Of a DNA stretch of 64,000 nucleotides, positions 18,194-28,126 are shown in pieces. Origin of the DNA: a virus. Its lineage: Duplodnaviria > Caudoviricetes. The stretch lies in IMG/VR virus record IMGVR_UViG_3300021368_000002, one strand, 5' to 3'. Under the pieces are notes generated by a model. The model was given only the letters and a program-made list of their open reading frames with translations. It did no database searches and was not told where the DNA came from. Each line of letters starts with the position of its first letter. Positions within the stretch are counted from its first letter, which is position 1. The position numbers and the translations under genes were made by a program.

Positions 18194-19881
18194 TAATTGA
18201 CATATGTGAGTTTGTATGAAAAGTCTGCTCCGTCATATGTAGAGCCTTGCCTTTCATCAAATTGGTTTGTGTAAGTAACAAATGCTGTATCGCTTGCAGC
18301 ATCGTACTTAGAATAAAATCTAAGTTTCGGTAAGTTTGTTGCATCAAATGCATCATTGCCTCTTATATCAAAATCGTCTGTTAATTGTGCGTTTGTTTGT
18401 GTTGCGTTTATGTTTACATTTAATGTACCCGAACGTTGGATGTCTCCAGCTTTGGATTTATAAATGTAGTCTATTTTTACCTTCCTATCAGCTTCTCCTG
18501 GCAGTCTAATTAATTCTACTTTAGTAGTAGTTGATAGGTTTTCTATTACTAATTTATTATGTACACGTCTTTGAGTGTGTATTCCTGGACCAGCAACTTC
18601 TGCTTTATAAAAGTCGCCAGCGTAAGTAACCATATCCTCACTGACCTTAGATCTATCAAACCATTCTCCTGTGCTTTGATTATTAAAGTCGGTAAGTTTT
18701 ATTACTGAATATTGCTGTGTTGTTTCACTAGCACCATCGTTACCACATCCTGCGTAATAGTTAAAGTCCATATAGTTTTGCTGTCCTTTTTCTATCCAAA
18801 TTGCTTCACGCATGATGTTTGTAAACCTATTGTTAGATATTTTTGATCTACTCGGACCGTCTGTGCTGCCATCAACATTTAGTATTACTTCGCCAAACAC
18901 AATGCCTCTGCCTAAAGTATCAAATTTACAATCATCAATCAATGTGTCAACAACATCATAGTTACATTTAATTGCATATGTCATATTGTTAAAATCACAT
19001 CCAACTATTTCATTGTTAGCAGTTGTTGTGTTGTTAAAAGCGGTCATCTCTATTCCTGCTTTTAAAGGATTAAGTGCATCCGAAGTGACCCAAGCAGTTG
19101 ACATAGCAATGTTTGTAAATTTACTTTCCTTCATTGCCTCGGCTAGTATTATAGTTGCGTCTTGTAAACTGTTGTTAATTGTAAAATCTGATAGTTCAAT
19201 ATTTTTAGGCTGATTAGATACTGATGTAGTTGCTAATCCTTCACCAACAACATTTGTTTTATTGGCTGCTCCTGCTGTCCAATCAATAGAAACATTTGCT
19301 CCGCTAGATCCGTCATAGGAGTTAACAACCTGAAATGCAGGATCTACTGAACTGTTAAAAATAGTTTTACCTTTACCTGACCCAACAATTTTACAGTTGC
19401 TAGGAATATATATTGTATCAGTAAGAGTGTATTCTCCTGGATTAATAATCAATGTTACACGACTAGGTATATTTGAATTGCTTAAATCAACAGGGAAAAG
19501 TTGTAGGATAGCATTTTGTAATTCTCTTGTAACATCTTCACCTGGCAATATTGCAAAGTTTGCTCCGTTAACTTGATCATCAAGTCTACTTTGCAATGTT
19601 CTCTTTACAGGATGGTTACCGTCCTTGCCTGTTAATACACCTTGATCGTTTGCTTTATATTCGTAAGTTTCACCTATAATAGAAAATATATCACTATTTT
19701 CAGTCAGTATCTGCGTATTTCCTACAGCAGGCGCTCCTTCACTAACACTTCCGTTACCAATATAAAGTTCTTGCGAATCCACTGCCCAACCAAACTCTCC
19801 GCTTGCTAACTGCGGAATGCCAGTTCCTGTGTTCTTTTGCCCTCTGCGAACTTGGATTCTTGATATTTGTACAACAGCCAT
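18193..19881 (-). CDS. Tail fibre/spike-like protein with beta-helix (pectin lyase-like) domain
   Basis: N-terminal RIQVRRG..LASGEFGWAVDSQELYIGNG docking motif; PGEYTLTDTIYIPSN..IVGSGKGKT beta-helix start. Confidence 0.7.
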   Translation of the reverse strand: MAVVQISRIQVRRGQKNTGTGIPQLASGEFGWAVDSQELYIGNGSVSEGAPAVGNTQILTENSDIFSIIGETYEYKANDQGVLTGKDGNHPVKRTLQSRLDDQVNGANFAILPGEDVTRELQNAILQLFPVDLSNSNIPSRVTLIINPGEYTLTDTIYIPSNCKIVGSGKGKTIFNSSVDPAFQVVNSYDGSSGANVSIDWTAGAANKTNVVGEGLATTSVSNQPKNIELSDFTINNSLQDATIILAEAMKESKFTNIAMSTAWVTSDALNPLKAGIEMTAFNNTTTANNEIVGCDFNNMTYAIKCNYDVVDTLIDDCKFDTLGRGIVFGEVILNVDGSTDGPSRSKISNNRFTNIMREAIWIEKGQQNYMDFNYYAGCGNDGASETTQQYSVIKLTDFNNQSTGEWFDRSKVSEDMVTYAGDFYKAEVAGPGIHTQRRVHNKLVIENLSTTTKVELIRLPGEADRKVKIDYIYKSKAGDIQRSGTLNVNINATQTNAQLTDDFDIRGNDAFDATNLPKLRFYSKYDAASDTAFVTYTNQFDERQGSTYDGADFSYKLTYVN

Positions 19882-19903
19882 CTACGTTCTCCTATATCTA
19901 TAT

Positions 19904-20617
19904 TTATGCGTAGTTCTCGTAATATTGATAGACTCTGTTGTACCATTCCTGTCTCCATTCCTCGTACTCGTCTGGCCATATATCAAATTGTTGATATTCT
20001 CCTGCACGGCTACACATAAACACATGACCTTCACGAATAGTGGTTCCATATATCTCATTGTGTGCTTCTGCATATGCGACAAGTTGTAAAAAATAATCTA
20101 CAACCCACTCAATCTTCTTAGGCTTATTTGTCTGTTTAAAATCCATAATTGAAGGTTGACCTTTGTACTGTCCTACTAAGTCTGTTGTACCAGCATACAT
20201 ATTAGGCATATACAAATTTACTTCACTTCCCCAAATTTCATCAACATCTGTTAATGCTTGTTCTTTAATTTGAGTTGCCATCATGTGAGCTTGCTTTGCA
20301 TAGGGATTACTACCAGGTGTAGGCCATTCACCAGTTTCCACATAATCTTCTAGATATTTGTGCATTCTAGTTCCAACGCCGGCAGCTTCTGTAGTAATCT
20401 CTCTTGCTTTTTGCTCACCTACACGTTTACGCCAAGCAATAAGATGTGTCTTGTCTTTGGTTGCGTCAAGGATAGTGGTAACACTAGCTACTGCGTTACC
20501 ATCGGGAGTAGCGTATAATCTTTTGCCGTTTACTTCTTTTCTATTAATTGGTTGGTAATTAAACTTTTCAATTAGAAGAGTCATTAGCACCCTCATCTTC
20601 TGTTTCCCAATCATCAA
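19904..20617 (-). CDS. PD-(D/E)XK exonuclease (lambda-exo/Cas4-like)
   Basis: SVTTIL, GTRMHKYLE, AGTTDLV..IMDFKQ and QLVAY motifs. Confidence 0.88.
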   Translation of the reverse strand: MMIGKQKMRVLMTLLIEKFNYQPINRKEVNGKRLYATPDGNAVASVTTILDATKDKTHLIAWRKRVGEQKAREITTEAAGVGTRMHKYLEDYVETGEWPTPGSNPYAKQAHMMATQIKEQALTDVDEIWGSEVNLYMPNMYAGTTDLVGQYKGQPSIMDFKQTNKPKKIEWVVDYFLQLVAYAEAHNEIYGTTIREGHVFMCSRAGEYQQFDIWPDEYEEWRQEWYNRVYQYYENYA

Positions 20618-20927
20618 ACATGAATGGGTCAGTGTAGTAAGGGTCTACAGTACTAAACGGATCGTCCTGCGCTTCGACAGACTTGATTTCTGGAATGTAG
20701 TGCATCATCATATTTTGAACACCCATTTTAAGTGTCATTGTTGAACCTGCACATCCCGAACAAGCACCGCCTAATTCTAATAGTAATGCGCCGTCATCAT
20801 AGGAGACAAATTCAATATTACCTCCATGGCTTGCAACAGCAGGCTTTACGTGGCTTTCGATAAGTGCTTTGATTTCTTGAATAATTTCTTCGTCTGTTCT
20901 TTTAGTCATAATATTTCCTTTACACAA
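20568..20927 (-). CDS. NifU C-terminal/NfuA-like Fe-S cluster carrier
   Basis: VKPAVASHGGNIEF and GACSGCAGSTMTLKMGV (CxxC) motifs. Confidence 0.9.
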   Translation of the reverse strand: MCKGNIMTKRTDEEIIQEIKALIESHVKPAVASHGGNIEFVSYDDGALLLELGGACSGCAGSTMTLKMGVQNMMMHYIPEIKSVEAQDDPFSTVDPYYTDPFMFDDWETEDEGANDSSN

Positions 20928-20968
20928 TATATAGTGTAGTTTCAGTTAGTTAGTTTGTCAAGTGATTT

Positions 20969-21286
20969 TTACAAATCTTTCAAATTTGTTGCTCTTTTGG
21001 CCATTGCACTTACTTCGTCACCATCACCCTGTCCTGCTCCACCCGGAGCATCAAAGTCACTGTTACTTACAAGGGTTATAGTTTCTTTGTCAAAGTTTTT
21101 TACAATGCCTTGGATACGTTGATCCATGTCATAAGCAGCTTTGAAAACATCGTAATCAAATTGCTGGTCGCCCATGCCGCCCATAACGTCATTAAGCTCT
21201 GTAAACGAAATATCTACATTGCTATCATCTTTTGCTTTAGTAAGTAAAACTTGAAGTAAAGTTGCTGTGTCTACAGCTTCATTCAC
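20969..21286 (-). CDS. Hypothetical protein
   Basis: 105 aa acidic ORF. Confidence 0.6.
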   Translation of the reverse strand: MNEAVDTATLLQVLLTKAKDDSNVDISFTELNDVMGGMGDQQFDYDVFKAAYDMDQRIQGIVKNFDKETITLVSNSDFDAPGGAGQGDGDEVSAMAKRATNLKDL

Positions 21287-22152
21287 TTTTTTTTTGAAAG
21301 GATTTGTCCTAGCTTGCGTGAACGTTCTACAGACTCTCGTTTAGCTCTACCTGCTTCTTCTTCGCCGCCTGTAGCTGCTTCGTCTGCACCAAACTCATCA
21401 TCTAGTCCTGCTTCGGCATCAATGTCGACATCGCCCATATCATCGTCGCCACCTTCCATATCGGTTGTTGGCTCCATATCCATTTCCATGTCATCAGCAC
21501 CCATAGCATCCATAGGTTCGCCGTCACCTGTTAGTTGGCCTACACCTGCTGTTAGACTTTCGCGAGTTGATTCCATTGCTGTGTACATTGCTTCTAGCGC
21601 AGGCTTAACTGTGTTTACAAACGCTTCACTTGCTTCGCTGCCCATTTCGTCACGGATAGCATCAGCTAGTTCTAGCATTGATTCAGTTTGCATTTCAGCT
21701 GTATCTTCCATCCAGCCTGTAACACGATCAACCATATCTTTAGCTGCCATTACTAGTTCTGCTTCGTCTTCTGCGCCTTCGGTAACAACTGCTTCATCAG
21801 TTTTCTTTTTATTTTTATCTTTAATGGCTTTCTTCATTGGCTCTTTTTTATCGCCATCTTTATCCATATCTAAAAAGTCAGGCTTTGATTTTTCTTGAAT
21901 AGCTTCGCGTTCCTTAATAGCAACATTAAGAACATCCAAATACATTTTAGATTTTTGATAGTTTTCGCTTTTCACAGCATCAAAACTTTCGTTAGTTTCA
22001 ATTTGACTCAGTGCAGTACGAATTTTGTTTCTTGCATTTTCTAATTGCTCTAAAGTAAATGCCTCAAGATCTAAACGCTGGCCGAATTTTTGTGCCAGGT
22101 TTTCGTTAAGCATTTCTGCTGTAATTGGTTTTGCTATTTCTGATATAATCAT
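21283..22152 (-). CDS. Acidic scaffold-like head protein
   Basis: Helical, very acidic C-terminus; internal ..E-A/E-S/E-G sites resembling prohead protease cut sites. Confidence 0.5.
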   Translation of the reverse strand: MIISEIAKPITAEMLNENLAQKFGQRLDLEAFTLEQLENARNKIRTALSQIETNESFDAVKSENYQKSKMYLDVLNVAIKEREAIQEKSKPDFLDMDKDGDKKEPMKKAIKDKNKKKTDEAVVTEGAEDEAELVMAAKDMVDRVTGWMEDTAEMQTESMLELADAIRDEMGSEASEAFVNTVKPALEAMYTAMESTRESLTAGVGQLTGDGEPMDAMGADDMEMDMEPTTDMEGGDDDMGDVDIDAEAGLDDEFGADEAATGGEEEAGRAKRESVERSRKLGQILSKKK

Positions 22153-22194
22153 GTTTCTTTCCTATATGCGCTCCGCAATGTTACTTTGTATTTA

Positions 22195-22602
22195 TCAAAA
22201 GAAAATAAATTTATTCAACTTATCGGCTACTGCTTTTCTTCTGTCTACTGCATCAGACAGTCTAATTTCAGAAATATCACGTTTTAAGTCGTCTTTTGAA
22301 TGTTTAAGGGTGTGTTTATAAAACATACAGTCAATATCATACTTGCTATATGTTCTATCTAAATCTAATATTTCCAAAGCACGATGGCTTTTATTAGCTA
22401 ATGCAAGTGCAGCGTTTTTAGAATAGGTTTTTCCTAAACGGTTTTTTGTTTTTAGACAATATACAATATATCCATCTGACTTAGGAGTAATTATAATTTT
22501 ACCTATTCTAATACTATTATCTTGAATGTGAGGAATAGGAGTCTTGGCTAAGCCTGACTCTATTATATACGCTAAATCATTCAGGAGTTTTACTTTGTCC
22601 AT
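22195..22602 (-). CDS. Hypothetical protein
   Basis: 135 aa ORF. Confidence 0.55.
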   Translation of the reverse strand: MDKVKLLNDLAYIIESGLAKTPIPHIQDNSIRIGKIIITPKSDGYIVYCLKTKNRLGKTYSKNAALALANKSHRALEILDLDRTYSKYDIDCMFYKHTLKHSKDDLKRDISEIRLSDAVDRRKAVADKLNKFIFF

Positions 22603-22789
22603 AACCCACTACCATTGTCATACCGTTACACACTAATTTAGTTACCATGCTCTTTCTAATAAGACTATCAATTATGAATTGTTCTCGTTCATTAAAACTA
22701 TGTAGAGGCTTTGCGCCAAACGTTTTGTCTAGCACTTCAGACTCTTCATTAGTCAAGATAGTCCTTACAGTTAAATCACCAATCTTCAT
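22577..22789 (-). CDS. Hypothetical protein
   Basis: 70 aa ORF, translationally coupled. Confidence 0.5.
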   Translation of the reverse strand: MKIGDLTVRTILTNEESEVLDKTFGAKPLHSFNEREQFIIDSLIRKSMVTKLVCNGMTMVVGYGQSKTPE

Positions 22790-23025
22790 TGTTCAACCTG
22801 TACAATATCTCCTGGCTTGATGCCCCTATCCACTGTTCCTGTTGTCTTGGTGTTTAGCGTTAGCTTACCTGCAGGATCTTTAGATATCATTCCAGGTTTT
22901 TTTGGATCTTTTGGTACTACTGTTTTAATTTTGGTAGATGGATCTTGTAGCACAGTTTCATCATCGTTATCATCTAGAACTTGCAGGTTCATGTTTGCTT
23001 CTTTAATGACATCAAATAATTTCAT
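22786..23025 (-). CDS. Hypothetical protein with capsid-targeting-like N-terminus
   Basis: Starts MKLFDVIKEA. Confidence 0.5.
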   Translation of the reverse strand: MKLFDVIKEANMNLQVLDDNDDETVLQDPSTKIKTVVPKDPKKPGMISKDPAGKLTLNTKTTGTVDRGIKPGDIVQVEQ

Positions 23026-23026
23026 A

Positions 23027-23308
23027 CTACATCTTCCTTGGTTTTAGGTTAATTCTTTTCAGCTTCTTACTAGCTGGGTTTGTTCGTTGTGTTCTGCTTC
23101 TTTTAATTTTTAAACTACTCGCCTTATGAGCTTTTGTCTTTTTAAGCGAAGCAGATTTTTTTAAATTTAATGGCTTTGTGCAAGTTGAAGGCTTTGCAAC
23201 GATACGTCCTTTTCTTGTACCACTTGTGCATCTGTACTTCCTTACATTCTTACTGCCTTTACGGCTCCAAACTTGCGTTACGCTTTCGATAATCTCTCTT
23301 AAATTCAT
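23027..23308 (-). CDS. Basic putative internal head protein (paralog 1)
   Basis: Starts MNLREIIES; VWSRKG..VRKYRC.SG.RKGRIVAK..C shared with the next gene. Confidence 0.6.
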   Translation of the reverse strand: MNLREIIESVTQVWSRKGSKNVRKYRCTSGTRKGRIVAKPSTCTKPLNLKKSASLKKTKAHKASSLKIKRSRTQRTNPASKKLKRINLKPRKM

Positions 23309-23586
23309 CTTCGTGACGCCTTGTTTAGTGCTTGTACTCTACGACTTGCTGGATTAATTCTTTTGGTTCTTTTAGATTTCCTAGCCATCTTAGAACCCAA
23401 TCTTGCTTTCGTCATTTTTAACTTCAAGCGTTTCTTTACATCAGGTGCAGCAAAACATTGAGAAGCCTTTGCTACTACTCGTCCTTTACGTTTACCAGCA
23501 GAACAACGATACTTGCGTACCACACTCTTTCCTGATCTTGCCCAGACAGGCTTTTCTACTAATGATGTTAGTTCTCGTAATAGCAT
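23305..23586 (-). CDS. Basic putative internal head protein (paralog 2)
   Basis: Starts MLLRELTSLVE; ATAAATAC box 3 nt upstream of ATG. Confidence 0.6.
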   Translation of the reverse strand: MLLRELTSLVEKPVWARSGKSVVRKYRCSAGKRKGRVVAKASQCFAAPDVKKRLKLKMTKARLGSKMARKSKRTKRINPASRRVQALNKASRR

Positions 23587-23603
23587 AAAGTATTTATACT
23601 ATT

Positions 23604-23873
23604 TTAATTGAATTGAAATAAGATAACGACTATAGTTGATAATAGTCCGGCAACAATAGTTCCTGCTGTACCAATAAGTATCTTAGTCATGCTTTGCTGA
23701 CCAGCAGTAATATCTTCGTGAATACGCTCTACTTTTTCTTCTATTTTAGTAAGGCGGCCCTCAAGCACCTCGTAACGCTGAGCGCAAAGGTCTACGTGTG
23801 CTTCTAAATTTTCTTTTTCTAAGTCTGTTGGCTGTGCCATACATATCTCCATTGTACCCCTACTCCAGGGCAA
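23604..23873 (-). CDS. Coiled-coil plus C-terminal TM protein (XhlA/holin-like)
   Basis: RLTKIEEKVERIHE coil followed by a hydrophobic C-terminus. Confidence 0.5.
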   Translation of the reverse strand: MPWSRGTMEICMAQPTDLEKENLEAHVDLCAQRYEVLEGRLTKIEEKVERIHEDITAGQQSMTKILIGTAGTIVAGLLSTIVVILFQFN

Positions 23874-23927
23874 TTAGTAAACTCGTGGTTGGCCTAATGA
23901 ATGGATGCCTTTTTATTGCCTATGTAA

Positions 23928-24311
23928 CTATTTATCAATCAAGCTAAAAATAATGTTAATTTTGCTAGAATTCTTAGTAAAAAATACTGCGTCTTTAAAT
24001 TTAACACTTTCGTCTAATCCTTGTATGAAAGGTACAAGATCAAAGTCTTCTATTAAACTTTCTAGTTCAAGTCCGCCGTATTCAATATCAAACTCTACAT
24101 TCCAGTAGTGCTTTATGTTTTTATATATTGAACCGAACCCTTCGTGTGTACCTTTAATTTTTTCTATTTTAAAATTAGTTGGATTAGATCTCATACCTAT
24201 TGTTTGGTAAACAGTCATAAAGTTAGCCTGTTGATTAACTTCTTTTTCGCCTTCACCGCGTCTTGCTTTAGTTTCTGTCACGTCTACAATAGTTTTTAAA
24301 TTAAATCTCAT
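23928..24311 (-). CDS. Hypothetical protein
   Basis: 127 aa ORF with TAAATA box upstream. Confidence 0.55.
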   Translation of the reverse strand: MRFNLKTIVDVTETKARRGEGEKEVNQQANFMTVYQTIGMRSNPTNFKIEKIKGTHEGFGSIYKNIKHYWNVEFDIEYGGLELESLIEDFDLVPFIQGLDESVKFKDAVFFTKNSSKINIIFSLIDK

Positions 24312-24329
24312 ACTATATTTACAGGCATA

Positions 24330-24360
24330 AAAAAAGAGCCACTATAAAAGTGGCTCTTCT
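24330..24360. terminator. Intrinsic terminator hairpin
   Basis: A6-GAGCCACT-ATAAA-AGTGGCTC. Confidence 0.6.
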
Positions 24361-24378
24361 GTGACAGTAATTAATTAA

Positions 24379-24696
24379 TTACTTTGCAGCGTTAAATGTT
24401 GCTTCAATAGTTGTAGCAGCACCTGTTACGCCTAGTGCATCTGTGCTATCAGCAGCTAGTACTGGTCCCTGTACAGCAAAAAATACTGCGTCAGTTGTTC
24501 CAGAAACAAAAGCTGATCCGTCAGCTGTGCCCACACCTGCGATTGTGTGTGTTAGTGCTAGTTCCTGCACTGCTGCGTCTAGGTTAGCTTGTGTCATGTT
24601 TGTTAGAGCAAACTTCACGATTTGTGTGTTTGCACCTAGGCCGTTGCCTAGTTTTACGTCATAGTTTGCTGCGTTAGCAAATCCGATTCCAGCCAT
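24379..24696 (-). CDS. Small Ala/Gly/Thr-rich virion (capsid decoration-like) protein
   Basis: Structural-type composition; strong AGGAG SD; own terminator. Confidence 0.5.
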   Translation of the reverse strand: MAGIGFANAANYDVKLGNGLGANTQIVKFALTNMTQANLDAAVQELALTHTIAGVGTADGSAFVSGTTDAVFFAVQGPVLAADSTDALGVTGAATTIEATFNAAK

Positions 24697-24808
24697 TTTC
24701 TTTCTCCTTAACTCTGAAATGACAATACCGCGACTCTGCGGCGTTGTTATATGTATTTAGCAATATAAAGAAAAAAGTGCTATAATAGCCTTAAAATGAC
24801 GGAAAATT

Positions 24809-25681
24809 TTACTTCTTAGTATAATTTTTTGATCTTTGGTGTAATAATCTTAGTTGTTGAACAAATCCAGGACCAGCCTGCACTATATCATTAAGCATTT
24901 TTACTGCTGGCATATAACCTCTTACTGCGGTATTAGGAATACTTTCCCCATTTTCTGCTTTTTTAAGGAAAAGTCTTGTTTGTGCTAGATTCTTATTACC
25001 AACTATCAGTCTGTATAATAAAAGATCTCTGTCATCAAAACCTAAATCAGGATTACTAACTGTAGGGTTAGTATCTTTGACACCTGTGCTTTCTAGACCA
25101 AACTGTGCTATTGCTTTAGAAAGATCATCAATTAAGTCGCTTGCTCTTAATCGTGTTCTAGCAGCTAAGAGGAGATTGGTAGCTGCTGTTTTCTTTTCTA
25201 TTGTATTAAGTTCTGCAAAATTAATAATTCTGCGTCTAGTATTTTTTAAAGTTGTGTCCGTTATACCAAGTTGTCTTTCAATTGCTACAAAAGTTTCCAT
25301 AACATTAGTTGGAGGACTTCCTGTTCCCAGTGTTTTAATGTAAAAATGTATTTGGCGCAAAGGAACGTTTGTTTTCTGTCTTGCTTTCCAAGCAGCACCA
25401 GGATCTTTTAAAACTGAAAGAGCTTTTTCATCTCCGTTCACCCAGTACATAAAATTATACATATCTGTACTAGCAGGGCGGAATTTAGAATATTCTCTAT
25501 ATCCAGAACTTCTTCTGCAATAATCACTTGCTGTCTTTGCATAGGCAGGAAACTGACGTAATAATTCTATACATAACATACTTAGGTATAAATTTAATTT
25601 GCAATCAGCATAGGTAAGTTTGCGAGCATCATTTGCGTCGCGAGTCATCCTACCTTCTTGAAGTTCTTTAATAAAGTCCAT
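24809..25681 (-). CDS. Hypothetical protein with capsid-targeting-like N-terminus
   Basis: Starts MDFIKELQEG. Confidence 0.55.
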   Translation of the reverse strand: MDFIKELQEGRMTRDANDARKLTYADCKLNLYLSMLCIELLRQFPAYAKTASDYCRRSSGYREYSKFRPASTDMYNFMYWVNGDEKALSVLKDPGAAWKARQKTNVPLRQIHFYIKTLGTGSPPTNVMETFVAIERQLGITDTTLKNTRRRIINFAELNTIEKKTAATNLLLAARTRLRASDLIDDLSKAIAQFGLESTGVKDTNPTVSNPDLGFDDRDLLLYRLIVGNKNLAQTRLFLKKAENGESIPNTAVRGYMPAVKMLNDIVQAGPGFVQQLRLLHQRSKNYTKK

Positions 25682-26088
25682 TATCTACCTTTGGCATAAT
25701 CCTGTGCATCTCTATCGATGTCGTCATCGCTTGGACGCTTATCTTCTGGATCTTCGTCATCGTCTGATGGCTCTGGATCTTTTACACCTGCTCCCATTTT
25801 TGCGCTTGCACTTTTACGCATTATTGCTTTAGCAGTTTCAACATCAACTTCAGCAGCCTTCAATGCTTCACCTGCTGATCTTGGACCAAACTGTCCACCT
25901 ATTGAAATTAGCTGTGTGCTTAATTCAGCAGCCTTATTAAATTCTTCGTCGTCCCACTTGATACCACTTGCTGGTTCTAGTGCTGCTCTAATTTTATGTC
26001 CCATATCAATAAATGGTTTATGTTCAGGCTTAATTTCAAAATGTGTTGGAATATTAGCCTCTGTGTTTACAAATTCTGATGCTCTCAT
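25681..26088 (-). CDS. Hypothetical protein with capsid-targeting-like N-terminus
   Basis: Starts MRASEFVNTEA. Confidence 0.55.
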   Translation of the reverse strand: MRASEFVNTEANIPTHFEIKPEHKPFIDMGHKIRAALEPASGIKWDDEEFNKAAELSTQLISIGGQFGPRSAGEALKAAEVDVETAKAIMRKSASAKMGAGVKDPEPSDDDEDPEDKRPSDDDIDRDAQDYAKGR

Positions 26089-26099
26089 TATTATCTCCT

Positions 26100-27293
26100 C
26101 TAACGCACCTTCGCTCTATTAGCCTTTGAGAAATACTCTCTAGGTACTAATTTAATATCGCCTTCTGGATGTGCCATAACATATCCTTCGCCGCCTGAAG
26201 ACTTTCCTATCTTCTGTACAACGTCTGCATCATGCGAGTCAAACTGGTTAATAATATCATCTTTTACTTTAATTATTCCTGATACGACTTTCCATAATGC
26301 ATTAAAGGCAGTTGGATGTTGTCCTATATGTTCTAAAACTCTAGTACGCATAGGTCCACTTAATTTACTACTCGCTACCCAATCTTTAAAGTCTACTCCA
26401 AGGTTATTTAATCCTGTGTCAACTTTACTATTCAGATATGTATACAACATATCTGCAAATCCAGATAGTTTCTTTTGTTTTAATTCTACTTGGTTAAGAA
26501 GCTCATCTATTTTAGGAGCGTTCATTTTAACTATAGTTTCTAATTGTTTAATGCTTTTCATATCTACATTGGCTGCTTGAACTGCATAAGTAGGCGGCAT
26601 AGCTAAAACTTCGCTGCCTTGTAATGCAGATTCTAATCCTTGCGGAGTAACTCCTGTTTCTTTGCCTTGCAAATCAATATACCTGTGGATTACGATTCCT
26701 GTTTTACTAGTACCAATCTTCATGCCCAATGCACTGTCGGCATCAACTTCATATGTAACTAACTGTGGAGTAAAACTGTATCTTCCATTAAGTTTTGGAG
26801 GAGTGTTATAATACAACAAATCGCCTTTAAAATATCCTCTAAAGTTAGGAGCAACAGCTTTTTGATATTCGTCAAATATGTCTTTCATATTTTGAATAAA
26901 TTTTTCTCTGTCTGCTAGTTTCTTAGGGGAAGGGTCTTTAACTTTTCTATTACCTAAAACTTTACCTAACATATCTGCACTTGTTGCTTTACCATCATAT
27001 CCTTTAGCACTGAAACCTGATTTATCAGTAAGGATGAAGTCACCGTTTTCATTACGGCCAAATATAAGTGCAGGCGATCCATCCCATTTTATTGTAGTAT
27101 CTTTGTGACCACCTGTTGCCATACTTTTCAAAGCATTTAATGCTCTAGTTGCACCTTTACTACCTTCCCAGAATACTATATCTTCTGCGTGTTGAATACG
27201 AGCTTCTGCTTCAGTTAAAACTTCGCAACCGCAAGGTTCACTATAGCATTTTCCACAGACCCATTCTACTATTTTAAATTCACTGTATCTCAT
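26100..27293 (-). CDS. Ligase-like (KxDG covalent nucleotidyltransferase) protein with capsid-targeting N-terminus
   Basis: Starts MRYSEFKIVE; motif I TIKWDGSP, FKGDLLY, GEGYV and IKLV motifs. Confidence 0.6.
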   Translation of the reverse strand: MRYSEFKIVEWVCGKCYSEPCGCEVLTEAEARIQHAEDIVFWEGSKGATRALNALKSMATGGHKDTTIKWDGSPALIFGRNENGDFILTDKSGFSAKGYDGKATSADMLGKVLGNRKVKDPSPKKLADREKFIQNMKDIFDEYQKAVAPNFRGYFKGDLLYYNTPPKLNGRYSFTPQLVTYEVDADSALGMKIGTSKTGIVIHRYIDLQGKETGVTPQGLESALQGSEVLAMPPTYAVQAANVDMKSIKQLETIVKMNAPKIDELLNQVELKQKKLSGFADMLYTYLNSKVDTGLNNLGVDFKDWVASSKLSGPMRTRVLEHIGQHPTAFNALWKVVSGIIKVKDDIINQFDSHDADVVQKIGKSSGGEGYVMAHPEGDIKLVPREYFSKANRAKVR

Positions 27294-28126
27294 TGTACCA
27301 ATACACTACTGTTTAATGTTTTTGTTAAAGACAGAATTCTATCTAACTGCTTATCGGCAAGTGTTTCAAAAGTTTTTGACTCAGGAACTTCCTTACCTTG
27401 TTTCAACATATTTTCTTTCCAAGGACCTATAAGTTCTTCGTAGTTTGGATCCTTTTTAAGAACCGCAAGCATACTATCAACTGTATGAGTATCTTTTTCT
27501 GTAGCAGATGGTCCTAATAGTAATTTAGCAATCTCATCCCAATCGTCTGCTACTACTTTGTCGCCTTGGTTTGGATCAACAAGTCCAAACTTAGGGCTCA
27601 TCTTAAATCCTCTACCTCTAGCCAAGCTAGAAAGTAAAACTGCTCTGTCAGCACCAGTGTATTGTCCTGTGCCTCCACGCTTGGCTCCACGTTGGTAAGC
27701 TGGCTTAGCTGTCATCATAAAGTCAACTTGTACATACCCTTCGCCACCTTGGATAGGCATACGGAAATGTACTTGGTCACCTGCATTGTGAATCCATCCA
27801 CCTGTAAACTTGCGACCTTGATTCATTATTTCATTATCTGCAATGCCTTTGCTTTTGCACCAAGCAGTTAGTTTGGCAATCAATTCGTCTTTGCTTATCT
27901 TATTTAGGTCAGTATTTAAATCTAAATCACCTGACGAATTCTTTTCAAAAGAACCATCTGGATCTGTCTTCTTACCTGTTGTGCCTAATAAGTCATCATC
28001 GATAAATTCTAATCCTGTAATCTTTTCAATTGCATCTACAGTAGGTCTGACTGCTGGTGTAGGAATACGCTGCGTTAGCGGACCTTGCTCTGTTTTGAAT
28101 ACGTTACCACCTTCTTTAAGAATCAT
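27290..28126 (-). CDS. Pol-beta-like nucleotidyltransferase-fold protein
   Basis: LLGTTGK..SSGDLDL (GDxD) and VQVDFM third acidic residue. Confidence 0.6.
   Translation of the reverse strand: MILKEGGNVFKTEQGPLTQRIPTPAVRPTVDAIEKITGLEFIDDDLLGTTGKKTDPDGSFEKNSSGDLDLNTDLNKISKDELIAKLTAWCKSKGIADNEIMNQGRKFTGGWIHNAGDQVHFRMPIQGGEGYVQVDFMMTAKPAYQRGAKRGGTGQYTGADRAVLLSSLARGRGFKMSPKFGLVDPNQGDKVVADDWDEIAKLLLGPSATEKDTHTVDSMLAVLKKDPNYEELIGPWKENMLKQGKEVPESKTFETLADKQLDRILSLTKTLNSSVLVQ

Noticed and set aside
18193-19881. Diversity-generating retroelement target (Mtd-like N-terminus)
   Set aside because: No reverse transcriptase and no TR/VR repeat pair seen in the window.
21314-21898. Long antisense ORFs (for example 21314-21898, 7825-8295, 53000-53341)
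   Set aside because: Ser-rich shadow frames of well-supported opposite-strand genes.
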